Source: Bugula neritina (Eukaryota; Animalia; Bryozoa). From it: a stretch of DNA of 64,000 bases. The stretch covers positions 9,862,480 through 9,926,479 of the forward strand of contig OZ037771.1 of NCBI GenBank assembly GCA_964035545.1, given 5' to 3'. Shown one piece after another: positions 32,201 to 44,954 of this stretch (position 1 is the stretch's first letter; each line of letters begins with the position of its first letter). The notes below the pieces were generated by a model, which ran no database searches, was not told the DNA's origin, and worked only from the letters and a program-made list of their open reading frames with translations. The translations under genes and the position numbers were made by a program.

Positions 32201-35200
32201 CATACTGCAACATACTGAAATGCACTGTAACATACTCAAATACACTGCAACATTCTGCAACATATTGAAATATACTGCAACACACTGAAATATACTGCAA
32301 CACATCCAAGTAGACTGTAATATACGGACATGTACTGTAACATACTGAAACACACTGAAACATACTGAAACATACTGAAACATACTGAAACATACTGAAA
32401 TACACTGCAACATACTGCAACATACTGAAACATACTGTAACATGATGAAATACACTGCAACACATTGAAATATACTGCAACAAACTGAAATATACTGCAA
32501 CATACTGAAACGTACTGCAACATACTGAAATTAATTGCAACATATCGAAGTATATCGTAATATACGGACATGTACGGTAACATACTGAAACACACTGAAA
32601 CATACTGAAACATACTGAAACATACTGAAACATACTGAGATACACTGCAACATACTGCAACATACTGAAAAACACTGTAACATGATGAAATACGCTGCAA
32701 CACATTGAAATATACTGCAACAAACTGAATTATACCGCAACATACTGAAACGTGCTGCAACATACTGAAATACATTGCAATATATCGAAGTAAATCGTAA
32801 TATACGGACATGTACTGTAACATACTGAAACACACTGAAACATACTGAAACATACTGAAATATACTGAGATATACTGAAATACACTTTAACACATTGAAA
32901 AATACTGCAACATACTGAAAGACACTTCAACTCACTGAAGTATAGTGTAATATACGGAAATATACTGTAACATACTGATATTTACTGTAACACACTGAAA
33001 TATACTGCAACATACTGAAATGCACTGTAACATACCGAAATAAACTGCAACATAACGCAACATACTGAATTACACTGTAACATACTAAAATACACTGCAA
33101 CATTCTGCAACATACTTCAACGTACTGAAAGACACTGTAACATAATGAAATACACTGCAACACATTGAAATATACCGCAACAGACTGGAATATACTGCAA
33201 CATACTGAAATGTACTGCAACATACTGAAATACATTGCAACATATCGAAGTATATCGTAATAAACGGACATGTACTGTAACATACTGAAACACACTGAAA
33301 CATACTGAAACATACTGAAACATACTGAAACATACTGAAATACACTGCAACATACTACAACATACTGAAACATACTGTAACATTATGAAATACACTGCAA
33401 CACATTGAAATATACTGCAACAAACTGAAATATACTGCAACATACTAAAACGTACTGCAACATACTGAAATACATTGAAATATATCGAAGTATATCGTAA
33501 TATACGGACATGTACTGTAACGTACTGAAACACACTGAAACATACTGAAACATACCGAAATATACTGAAATGTACTGAAATACACTGTAACACATTGAAA
33601 AACACTGCAACATACTGAAAGACACTTCAACTCATTGAAGAATAGTGTAATATACAGAGATGTACTGTAACATACTGATATTTACTGTAACACACTGAAA
33701 TATACTGCAACATACTGAAATACACTGGAACATACCGAAATAAACTGCAACATAATGCAACATACTGAATTACACTGTAACATACTAAAATACACTGCAA
33801 CATTCTGCAACATACTTCAACGAACTGAAAGACACTGTAACATAATGAAATACACTGCAACACATTGAAATATACCGCAACAGACTGGAATATACTGCAA
33901 CACATCCAAGTACATCGTAATATACGGACATGTACTGTAACATACTGGAACATACTGAAACATACTGCAACATTCTGAAGTACACTGTAAAATATTGAAA
34001 TACACTGCAACAAACTGCAACATACTGAAGTACACTGTACATATTGAAAAACACTGCAACACACTGAAATATACTGCAACACACTGAAATATACCGCACA
34101 ATACTGAATTATACTTCAACATACTGCAACATACTGAAAGACACTACAACTCACTGAAGGATAGTGCAATATACAGAAATGTACTCTAACATACTGATAT
34201 TTAATGTTACACACTGAAATATACTACAACATACTGAAATACACTACAACATACCGAAATAAGCTGCAACATTCTGCAATATACTGAAATACACTGTAAC
34301 ATGATGTAGTACACTGCAACACATTGAAATATACTGCAACAAACTGAAATATACTGCAACATTCTGAAATGTACTGCAACATACTGAAATACATTGCAAC
34401 ATATCGAAGTATATCGTAATAAACGAACATGTACTGTAACATACTGAAACACACTGAAACAAACTGAAACATACTGAAATATACTGAAATACACTGTAAC
34501 ACATTGAAAAATACTGCAACATACTGAAAGACACTTCAACTCACTGAAGTATAGTGTAATTTACGGAAATGTACTGTAACATACTGATAGTTACTGCAAC
34601 ACACTGAAATATACTGCAACATACTGAAATACACTGTAACATACCGAAATAAACTGCAACATAATGCAACATACTGAATTACACTGTAACATACTAAATT
34701 ACACTGCAACATTCTGCAACATACTTCAACGTACTGAAATACACTGTAACATAATGAAATACACTGCAACATACTGCAACATACTGAAGTACACTGTAAA
34801 ATATTAAAATACACTGCAACACATTGGAATATACTGCAACACACTGAAATATACTGTAACATACTGAAACATGAGTAATATACTGAAAGATGCCTCAACA
34901 TACTCAAATACACTGCAACACATTGAAATACACTGCAACACACTGAAATATACTGCAACACACTGAAATGTACTTCAACATAATGAAAAACACTGCAACA
35001 TATCAAAGTATGTTGTAATATACAGACATGTACTGAAACATACTGAAACATACTGAAATACACTGCAACAAGTTGGAATATACTGCAACATACCCAAGTA
35101 TATGGTAATATAATGAAATATACTGCAACATACCGCAACATACTGAAAAACACTGTAACAAACTGAAATACGCTGCAACACATTGGAATATACTGCAACA

Positions 35201-37008
35201 TACCCAAATAAATGGTAATATACTGAAATATACTGAAATACACTGTAACACATTGAAAAATACTGCAACATACTGAAACACACTACAACTCACTGAAGTA
35301 TAGTGTAACTTACTAAAACATACTGCAACATACTGAAATACACTGTTACATACTAAAATACACTGCAACATACTAAAATACGCTGCAACATTCTGCAACA
35401 TTCTGCAACATACTTCAACATACTGAAATACACTGTAACAAACTGAAATACGCTGCAACACATTGGAATATACTGCAACATATCCCAATATATGGTAATA
35501 TACTGAAATATATTGAAATACACTGTAACACATTGAAAAATACTGCAACATACTGAAACACACTACAACTCACTGAAGTATAGTGTAACTTACTGAAATG
35601 TACGGTAAAATACTGATATTTACTGCAACACACTGAAACATACTGCAACATACTGAAATACACTGTTACATACTAAAATACACTGCAACATACTAAAATA
35701 CACTGCAACAATCTGCAACATTCTGCAACATACTTCAACATACTGAAATACACTGTAACAAACTGAAACACGCTGCAACACATTGGAATATACTGCAACA
35801 TACCCAAATAAATGGTAACATACTGAAATATACTGAAATACAATGTAACACATTGAAAAATACTGCAACACACTGAAAGACACTACAACTCACTGAAGTA
35901 TAGTGTAATATACAAAAACGTACTGTAACATACTGATATTTACTGCAACACACTGAAATATACTGCAACATACTGAAATACACTGTTACATGCCAAAATA
36001 AACTGCAACATACTGCAACATACTGAAATGCACTGTAACATACTCAAATACACTGCAACATTCTGCAACATATTGAAATATACTGCAACACACTGAAATA
36101 TACTGCAACACATCCAAGTAGACTGTAATATACGGACATGTACTGTAACATACTGAAACACACTGAAACATACTGAAACATACTGAAACATACTGAAACA
36201 TACTGAAATACACTGCAACATACTGCAACATACTGAAACATACTGTAACATGATGAAATACACTGCAACACATTGAAATATACTGCAACAAACTGAAATA
36301 TACTGCAACATACTGAAACGTACTGCAACATACTGAAATTAATTGCAACATATCGAAGTATATCGTAATATACGGACATGTACGGTAACATACTGAAACA
36401 CACTGAAACATACTGAAACATACTGAAACATACTGAAACATACTGAGATACACTGCAACATACTGCAACATACTGAAAAACACTGTAACATGATGAAATA
36501 CGCTGCAACACATTGAAATATACTGCAACAAACTGAATTATACCGCAACATACTGAAACGTGCTGCAACATACTGAAATACATTGCAATATATCGAAGTA
36601 AATCGTAATATACGGACATGTACTGTAACATACTGAAACACACTGAAACATACTGAAACATACTGAAATATACTGAGATATACTGAAATACACTTTAACA
36701 CATTGAAAAATACTGCAACATACTGAAAGACACTTCAACTCACTGAAGTATAGTGTAATATACGGAAATATACTGTAACATACTTATATTTACTGTAACA
36801 CACTGAAATATACTGCAACATACTGAAATGCACTGTAACATACCGAAATAAACTGCAACATAACGCAACATACTGAATTACACTGTAACATACTAAAATA
36901 CACTGCAACATTCTGCAACATACTTCAACGTACTGAAAGACACTGTAACATAATGAAATACACTGCAACACATTGAAATATACCGCAACAGACTGGAATA
37001 TACTGCAA
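29255..37008. repeat. near-perfect tandem duplication, period 3808 bp
   Basis: Constant offset 3808 (29277/33085, 29819/33627, 30728/34536, 32730/36538) with shared private variants (CTCATTGAAGAA, TGTACGGTAA, TACATTGAAATATATCG). Boundaries ambiguous by ~150 bp. Confidence 0.9.
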
Positions 37009-40000
37009 CACATCCAAGTACATTGTAATATACGGACATGTACTGTAACATACTGAAACACACTGAAACATACTGAAACATACTGAAATGTACTGAAATA
37101 TACTGAAATACACTGTAACACATTGAAAAATACTGCAACATACTGAAAGCCACTTCAACTCACTGAAGTATAGTGTAATATACGGAAATGTACTGTAACA
37201 TACTGATATTTACTGTAACACACTGAAATATACTGCAACATACTGAAATACACTGTAACATACCGAAATAAACTGCAACATAATGCAACATACTGAATTA
37301 CGCTGTAACATACTAAAATACACTGCAACATTCTGCAACATACTGCAACATACTGAAATACACTGTAACATGATGAAGTATAGTGCAATATACAGAAATG
37401 TACTCTAACATAATGATGTTTAATGTTACACACTGAAATATACTGCAACACACTGAAATATACTGCAAAATACTGAATTATACTTCAACATACTGCAACA
37501 TACTGAAAGACACCACAACCCACTGAAGTATAGTGCAATATACAGAAATGTACGGTAAAATACTGATATTTACTGCAACACACTGAAACATACTGCAACA
37601 TACTGAAATACACTGTTACATACTAAAATACACTGCAACATACTAAAATACACTGCAACAATCTGCAACATTCTGCAACATACTTCAACATACTGAAATG
37701 CACTGTAACATACTCAAATACACTGCAACATTCTGCAACATATTGAAATATACTGCAACACATTGAAATATACTGCAACAAACTGAAATATACTGCAACA
37801 TACTGAAATGTACTGCAACATACTGAAATACATTGCAACATATCGAAGTATATTGTAATAAACGGAGATGTACTCTAACATACTGAAACACACTGAAACA
37901 TACTGAAACATACTGAAACATACTGAAACATACTGAAATACAGTGCAACATACTGAAACATACTGTAACATTATGAAATGCACTGCAACACATTGAAATA
38001 TACTGCAACAAACTGAAATATACTGCAAGATACTAAAACGTACTGCAACATACTGAAATACATTGCAACATATCGAAGTATATCGTAATATACGGACATG
38101 TACTGAAACATACTGAAACATACTGAAACATACTGAGATACACTGCAACATACTGCAACATACTGAAATACACTGCAACACATTGAAATATACTACAACA
38201 AACTGAAACATACTGCAACATACTGAAACGTACTGCAACATACTGAAATACATTGCAACATATCGAAGTATGTCGTAATATACGGACATGTACTGTAACA
38301 TACTGAAACACACTGAAGCATACTGAAACATACTGAAATATACTGAAATACACTGTAACACATTGAAAAATACTGCAACATACTGAAAGACACTTCAACT
38401 CACTGAAGTATAGTGTAATATACGGAAATGAACTGTAACATACTGATAATTACTGCAACACACTGAAATATACTGCAACATACTGAAATACACTGTAACA
38501 TAATGAAATACACTGCAACATACTGCAACATACTGAAGTACACTGTAAAATATTAAAATACACTGCAACACATTCGAATATACTGCAACACACTGAAATA
38601 TACTGTAACATACTGAAACATGAGCAATATACTGAAAGATGCCTCAACATACTCAAATACACTGCAAGAAACTGCAACATACGTAAATACACTGTAACAT
38701 ACTGAAATACACTGAAACATACTGCAACATACAGAAGTACACTGTAAAATATTCAAATACACTGCAACACATTGAAATACACTGCAACACACTGAAATAT
38801 ACTGCAACATACTGAAATGTACTTCAACATACTGAAATACACTGCAACATACCGAAATAAGCTGCAACATACTGCAACATACTGAAATACACTGTAACAT
38901 GATGTAGTACACTGCAAGACATTGAAATATACTGCAACAAACTGAAATATACTGCAACATACTGAAATGTACTGCAACTTACTGAAATACATGGCAACAT
39001 ATCGAAGTATATCGTAATAAACGGACATGTACTGTAACATACTGAAACACACTGAAACATACTGAAACATACTGAGATACACTGCAACATACTGAAATAC
39101 ACTGTAACATGATGAAATACACTGCAACATTCTGCAACATTCTGCAACATACTTCAACATACTGAAAAACACTGTAACAGACTGAAATACGCTGCAACAC
39201 ATTGGAATATACTGCAACATACCCAAATAAATGGTAACATACTGAAATATTCTGAAATACAATGTAACACATTGAAAAATACTGCAACACACTGAAAGAC
39301 ACTACAACTCACTGAAGTATAGTGTAATATACGAAAACGTACTGTAACATACTGATATTTACTGCAACACACTGAAATATACTGCAACGTACTGAAATAC
39401 ACTGTTACATGCCAAAATAAACTGCAACATACTGCAACATACTGAAATACACTGTAACATACTCAAATACACTGCAACATTCTGCAACATATTGAAATAT
39501 ACTGCAACACACCGAAATATACTGCAACACATCCAAGTAGACTGCAATATACGGACATGTACTGTAACATACTGAAACAAAATGAAATATACTGTAACAC
39601 TCTGAGTAATACTGCAAAATGCTGAAATATACTGTAACACAGTGAAGTATACTGCAAAATTCTGGAACATACTGCAACATACTAAAACATGAGCAATATA
39701 CTGAAAAAGGCCTCAGCATACTCAAATATACTGCAAGATGCTGCAACATACGTAAATACACTGTAACATACTGAAATACACTGCAACATACTGCAGCATA
39801 CTGAAGTACACTGTAAAATATTGAAATACACTGCAACACATTGGAATATACTGCAACACACTGAAATATACTGCAACATACTGAAATATACTGCAACATA
39901 CTGCAACATACTGAAGTGCACTGTAACATACTGTAACTTACTGAAAAACACTGCAACAAACTGTAACATACTGAAACACACTGAAACATACTGAAACATA

Positions 40001-42823
40001 CTGAAACATACTGTAACATACTGAAACACACTGAAACATACTGAAACATACTGAAACATACTGAAATATACTGAAATATACTGAAATACACTGTAACACA
40101 TTGAAAAATACTGCAACATACAGAAAGACACTTTAACTCACTGAAGTATAGTGTAATATACGGAAATGTACTGTAACATACTGATAATTACTGCAACACA
40201 CTGAAATATACTGCAACATACTGAAATACACTGTAACATAATGAAATACACTGCAACATACTGCAACATACTGAAGTACACTGTAAAATATTAAAATACA
40301 CTGCAACACATTCGAATATACTGCAACACACTGAAATATACTGTAACATACTGAAACATGAGCAATATACTGAAAGATGCCTCAACATACTCAAATACAC
40401 TGCAAGAAACTGCAACATACCTAAATACACTGTAACATACTGAAATACACTGAAACATACTGCAACATACAGAAGTACACTGTAAAATATTCAAATACAC
40501 TGCAACACATTGAAATACACTGCAACACACTGAAATATACTGCAACATACTGAAATGTACTTGAACATAATGAAAAACACAGCAACATATCAAAGTATAT
40601 CGTAATATACAGACATGTACTGTAACATACTGTTACTTACTGAAATACACTGCAACAAACTGTCACATACTGAAACACACTGAAACATACTGAAACATAC
40701 TGAAACATACTGTAACATACTGAAACACACTGAAACATACTGAAACATACTGAGACATACTGAAATACACTGCAACATACTGCAACATACTGAAATATAC
40801 TGAAATATACTGAAATACACTGTAACACATTGAAAAATACCGCAACATACTGAAAGACACTTCAACTCACTGAAGTATAGTGTAATATACGGAAATGTAC
40901 TGTAACATACTGATATTTACTGTAACACACTGAAATATACTGCAACATACTGAAATACACTGTTACATGCCAAAATAAACTGCAACATACTGCAACATAC
41001 TGAAATACACTGTAACATACTCAAATACACTGCAACATTCTGCAACATATTGAAATATACTGCAACACACTGAAACATACTGAAACATACTGAGACATAC
41101 TGAAATACACCGCAACATACTGCAACATACTGAAATATACTGAAATATACCGAAATACACTGTAACACATTGAAAAATACTGCAACATACTGAAGGACAC
41201 TTCAACTCACTGAAGTATAGTGTAATATACAGAAATGTACTGTAACATACTGATATTTACTGTAACACACTGAAATATACTGCAACATACTGAAATACAC
41301 TATAACATACCGAAATAAACTGCAACATAATGCAACATACTGAATTACACTGTAACATACTGAAATACACTGCAACATTCTGCAACATAATTCAACGTAC
41401 TGAAAGACACTGTAACATAATGAAATACACTGCAACACATTGAAATATACCGCAACAGACTGGAATGCACTGCAACACATCCAAGTACATCGTAATATAC
41501 GGACATGTACTGTAACATACTGGAACATACTGAAACATACTGCAACATTCTGAAGTACACTGTAAAATATTGAAATACACTGCAACAAACTGCAACATAC
41601 TGAAGTACACTGTACATATTGAAAAACACTGCAACACACTGAAATATACTGCAACATACTGAAATATACTGCAACATACTGCAACATACTGAAGTGCACT
41701 GTAACATACTGTAACTTACTGAAAAACACTGCAACAAACTGTAACATACTGAAACACACTGAAACATACTGAAACATACTGAAACATACTGTAACATACT
41801 GAAACACACTGAAACATACTGAAACATACTGAAACATACTGAAATATACTGAAATATACTGAAATACACTGTAACACATTGAAAAATACTGCAACATGCT
41901 GAAAGACACTTCAACTCACTGAAGTATAGTGTAATATACGGAAATGTACTGTAACATACTGATAATTACTGCAACACACTGAAATATACTGCAACATACT
42001 GAAATACACTGTAACATAATGAAATACACTGCAACATACTGCAACATACTGAAGTACACTGCAAAATATTAAAATACACTGCAACACATTCGAATATACT
42101 GCAACACACTGAAATATACTGTAACATACTGAAACATGAGCAATATACTGAAAGATGCCTCAACATACTCAAATACACTGCAAGAAACTGCAACATACCT
42201 AAATACACTGTAACATACTGAAATACACTGAAACATACTGCAACATACAGAAGTACACTGTAAAATATTCAAATACACTGCAACACATTGAAATACACTG
42301 CAACACACTGAAATATACTGCAACCTACTGAAATGTACTTGAACATAATGAAAAACACTGCAACATATCAAAGTATATCGTAATATACAGACATGTACTG
42401 TAACATACTGTTACTTACTGAAATACACTGCAACAAACTGTAACATACTGAAACACACTGAAACATACTGAAACATACTGAAACATACTGTAACATACTG
42501 AAACACACTGAAACATACTGAAACATACTGAGACATACTGAAATACACTGCAACATACTGCAACATACTGAAATATACTGAAATATACTGAAATACACTG
42601 TAACACATTGAAAAATACCGCAACATACTGAAAGACAATTCAACTCACTGAAGTATAGTGTAATATACGGAAATGTACTGTAACATACTGATATTTACTG
42701 TAACACACTGAAATATACTGCAACATACTGAAATACACTGTTACATGCCAAAATAAACTGCAACATACTGCAACATACTGAAATACACTGTAACATACTC
42801 AAATACACTGCAACATTCTGCAA

Positions 42824-42843
42824 CACAGCTTGATTAAGGTCAT
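42824..42843 (+). repeat. left terminal inverted repeat (20 bp, imperfect)
   Basis: CACAGCTTGATTAAGGTCAT versus the reverse complement of the right end, CACAGCATAGTTAAGGTCAT; mismatches at positions 7, 9 and 10. Confidence 0.9.
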
Positions 42844-43621
42844 CCTTCTACTGAATCAGTAATTTCATTGCTCCTTTATAATTATATATGAAACAGTGCC
42901 CCACTCATAACTCGACTAATTTTGAGGCTAGAATCAAAATTCAAAAACCATCTTGTAAATATTTTGCTGCTCTATTAGAGGCTTTTTTAAAATTTTCACC
43001 TACCCAACCTGTTGCATTTTTATGCTCCAAAAACAGTCAAAAATTGCCCATTTTCGCATGAAAAAACATGGTCTCAGTGCCCCACGAATTATTCAATTCT
43101 CAAGCAACATATCTCTGCAAAAATTGGAATATAGTGTTATAAGATATTTGTGTATTAGAGGCTTTTCAAAGTTTTTAGTTAACCTCAATAGAATTGGTGT
43201 AAACGTGTAATTTATACACTGATTTTATTAAAAATTTTACATATCGCTCAGTCTGCACGCTTGGCTGAACACGGTAGAGCTGCGCTGCATTGTAGCCATC
43301 ATAATGATCATAATGATTGCGGCCTACGATTCATGTTGTGCGCGCTAAACCAAAAGGTTAAAGTTCATCTCTGCAGTAAACTGTGGTATGGGTAAAAGGC
43401 GATATGAGGCTGGTTATTATATTATTTCAGTAGCTAGTAGTTGGAATCTTGGTGGTTGCAATATTGTTGTACTGCCTATAGACGCGAGGCTGTACAATGC
43501 GCAATCTACCCTGAATCTAGATTTCAGTTGTATTTATATAAAGCGGTTTCTGAAGCCTGCGTACATTTCTTGCTTTGACTTGTTTCTTTTTAGTGCAAAG
43601 CAGTTTAGTAATACAGCCTGT

Positions 43622-44720
43622 ATGATAACCCAGACATCTAAGGATGCTAGTGAGAGTTTGGGCCACTAAATTTTATGCCTTTTGTGTGTGATTTCAATGC
43701 AAATTTGTTGTTCTGTAGAGTAATCTAAATTATACTAATAATATATCTGTAACCAAACTCACTGTATTGTTATTTTAAAACATTAACTTTGTTTTCAGAA
43801 TCTACAAAATTGTTGGAGAGAATTTTTAGTCAATTGAATAGTAATTGCATAACTATTTTTCAACAATAGTAGTAAAGTGTTATCAGCCAAGTATAATAAG
43901 TATGAGGTATGTGCAGTGATGAGGGTATTGAGAAATTAAACCCTGCATTTCGTATTATTGGGCCTATTACAGGCGGTGAGATGCAGCTTAAGAAGTTTAG
44001 AGAGAATTCCGACATGTTACCAAATTAGAATTTCTTAAAAAATTTAAGAATTTAGGCTGTTTTAGCTTTTCTGCTTATATCGCACCTATACCAGACAACG
44101 TTTTTTATAATATTATGGTATTAAAATTCTGGTAGCTTACAATTACATAAGTAGTTTCTGATTGATAAATAGTGCTTGCAAGTAGGAGGCTTGTATGTAG
44201 CAGACTTGCAATAGCAGTAAGCCATTTTGCTAATGGCTCTGACAGTGACCATGCATGCAAGCCATTCATAGGCAGTGACAAGGTGTTGCTATTTTTAGCT
44301 GAAATGAGATCATGGTTTGAACTTAAATGCCCAACTAGACTACTCGTCAATAAGGAGCAACTTAGGCAGGTTATTTTATATTGCAATATGGTTTTAATTA
44401 CAATTAGCTTTAAATAGCCAATTCTGTGACCAGATTCAGCATGATGTAATATAAATGGGTATTTAATTTCACAATTTCTGTTGGACCTGACTGAATCTCA
44501 AATAACCGTAACTATAATGGGGTTCTATAAGCATTTGAGTACAAGTTTCTGTACACATATATACTACTCATTTCCTTTACTGCTTACACCAATTCATAAC
44601 ATTGGTAGCTAACTATAGGTAGTGCACTTTCAGTCTACTAGCTCAGTAAGAGCTTCACTGCAGTTTCAAGCTAATGCCAGCAGCAGACATCGGAATAGCT
44701 TGTTTGTATCGAAGATGTGA
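43622..44720 (+). CDS. candidate spliced hypothetical protein (~140 aa) inside the transposon; putative exons 43622-43649, 43799-43840, 43907-43975, 44173-44369, 44634-44720
   Basis: Hand-built GT-AG model with compatible phases (1,1,1,0). Polypyrimidine acceptors at 43593 and 43798, GTGAGA donors at 43650 and 43976, GCTAAC branch-like motif about 20 nt before the TTTCAG acceptor at 44633, stop at 44718-44720, AATAAA at 44819. The acceptor at 43906 and donor at 44370 are weak. No family recognised. Confidence 0.3.
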
Positions 44721-44942
44721 CTTCTAATCTAATTAGGTTATAACTAAAGGAGTGGAGTGCGGTTGTGGTATTATGAGGGGGTGTTCAAAGTTTTATCAAG
44801 TTTTTAAATCAATAGTAAAATAAATAAATAAGTAAATTATAATTTATAAAACAATAAGTTTTATTTTACATATAAATGACTAAAGCGTATGCTATCATAA
44901 TGCTTTCAAAAAAACACATAGAACGTTTATAATTCACATTCA

Positions 44943-44954
44943 CCCCCCCCCCCC
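44943..44954 (+). repeat. poly-C tract (C12)
   Basis: Directly visible homopolymer inside the insert. Confidence 0.85.

Larger units (their letters stand above)
1..42823. repeat. 10-bp-period complex satellite array, left arm (runs off the window edge)
   Basis: Continuous variants of AACATACTGC/AATATACTGA/AATACACTGT/AACATACTGA, all in one orientation. + strand is A-rich and G-poor. The 10-bp register is visible in every line. Confidence 0.98.

Noticed and set aside
42822-42825. Alternative 4-bp TSD AACA
   Set aside because: It would remove CA from the left end and break the symmetric CACAGC...GCTGTG termini.
42824-42850. RSS-heptamer/Transib-like CACAG terminus
   Set aside because: Transib and RAG-like elements make 5-bp TSDs. 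The flanks here (TGCAA / AACAT) support only a 2-bp AA duplication, and no nonamer-like motif is evident.
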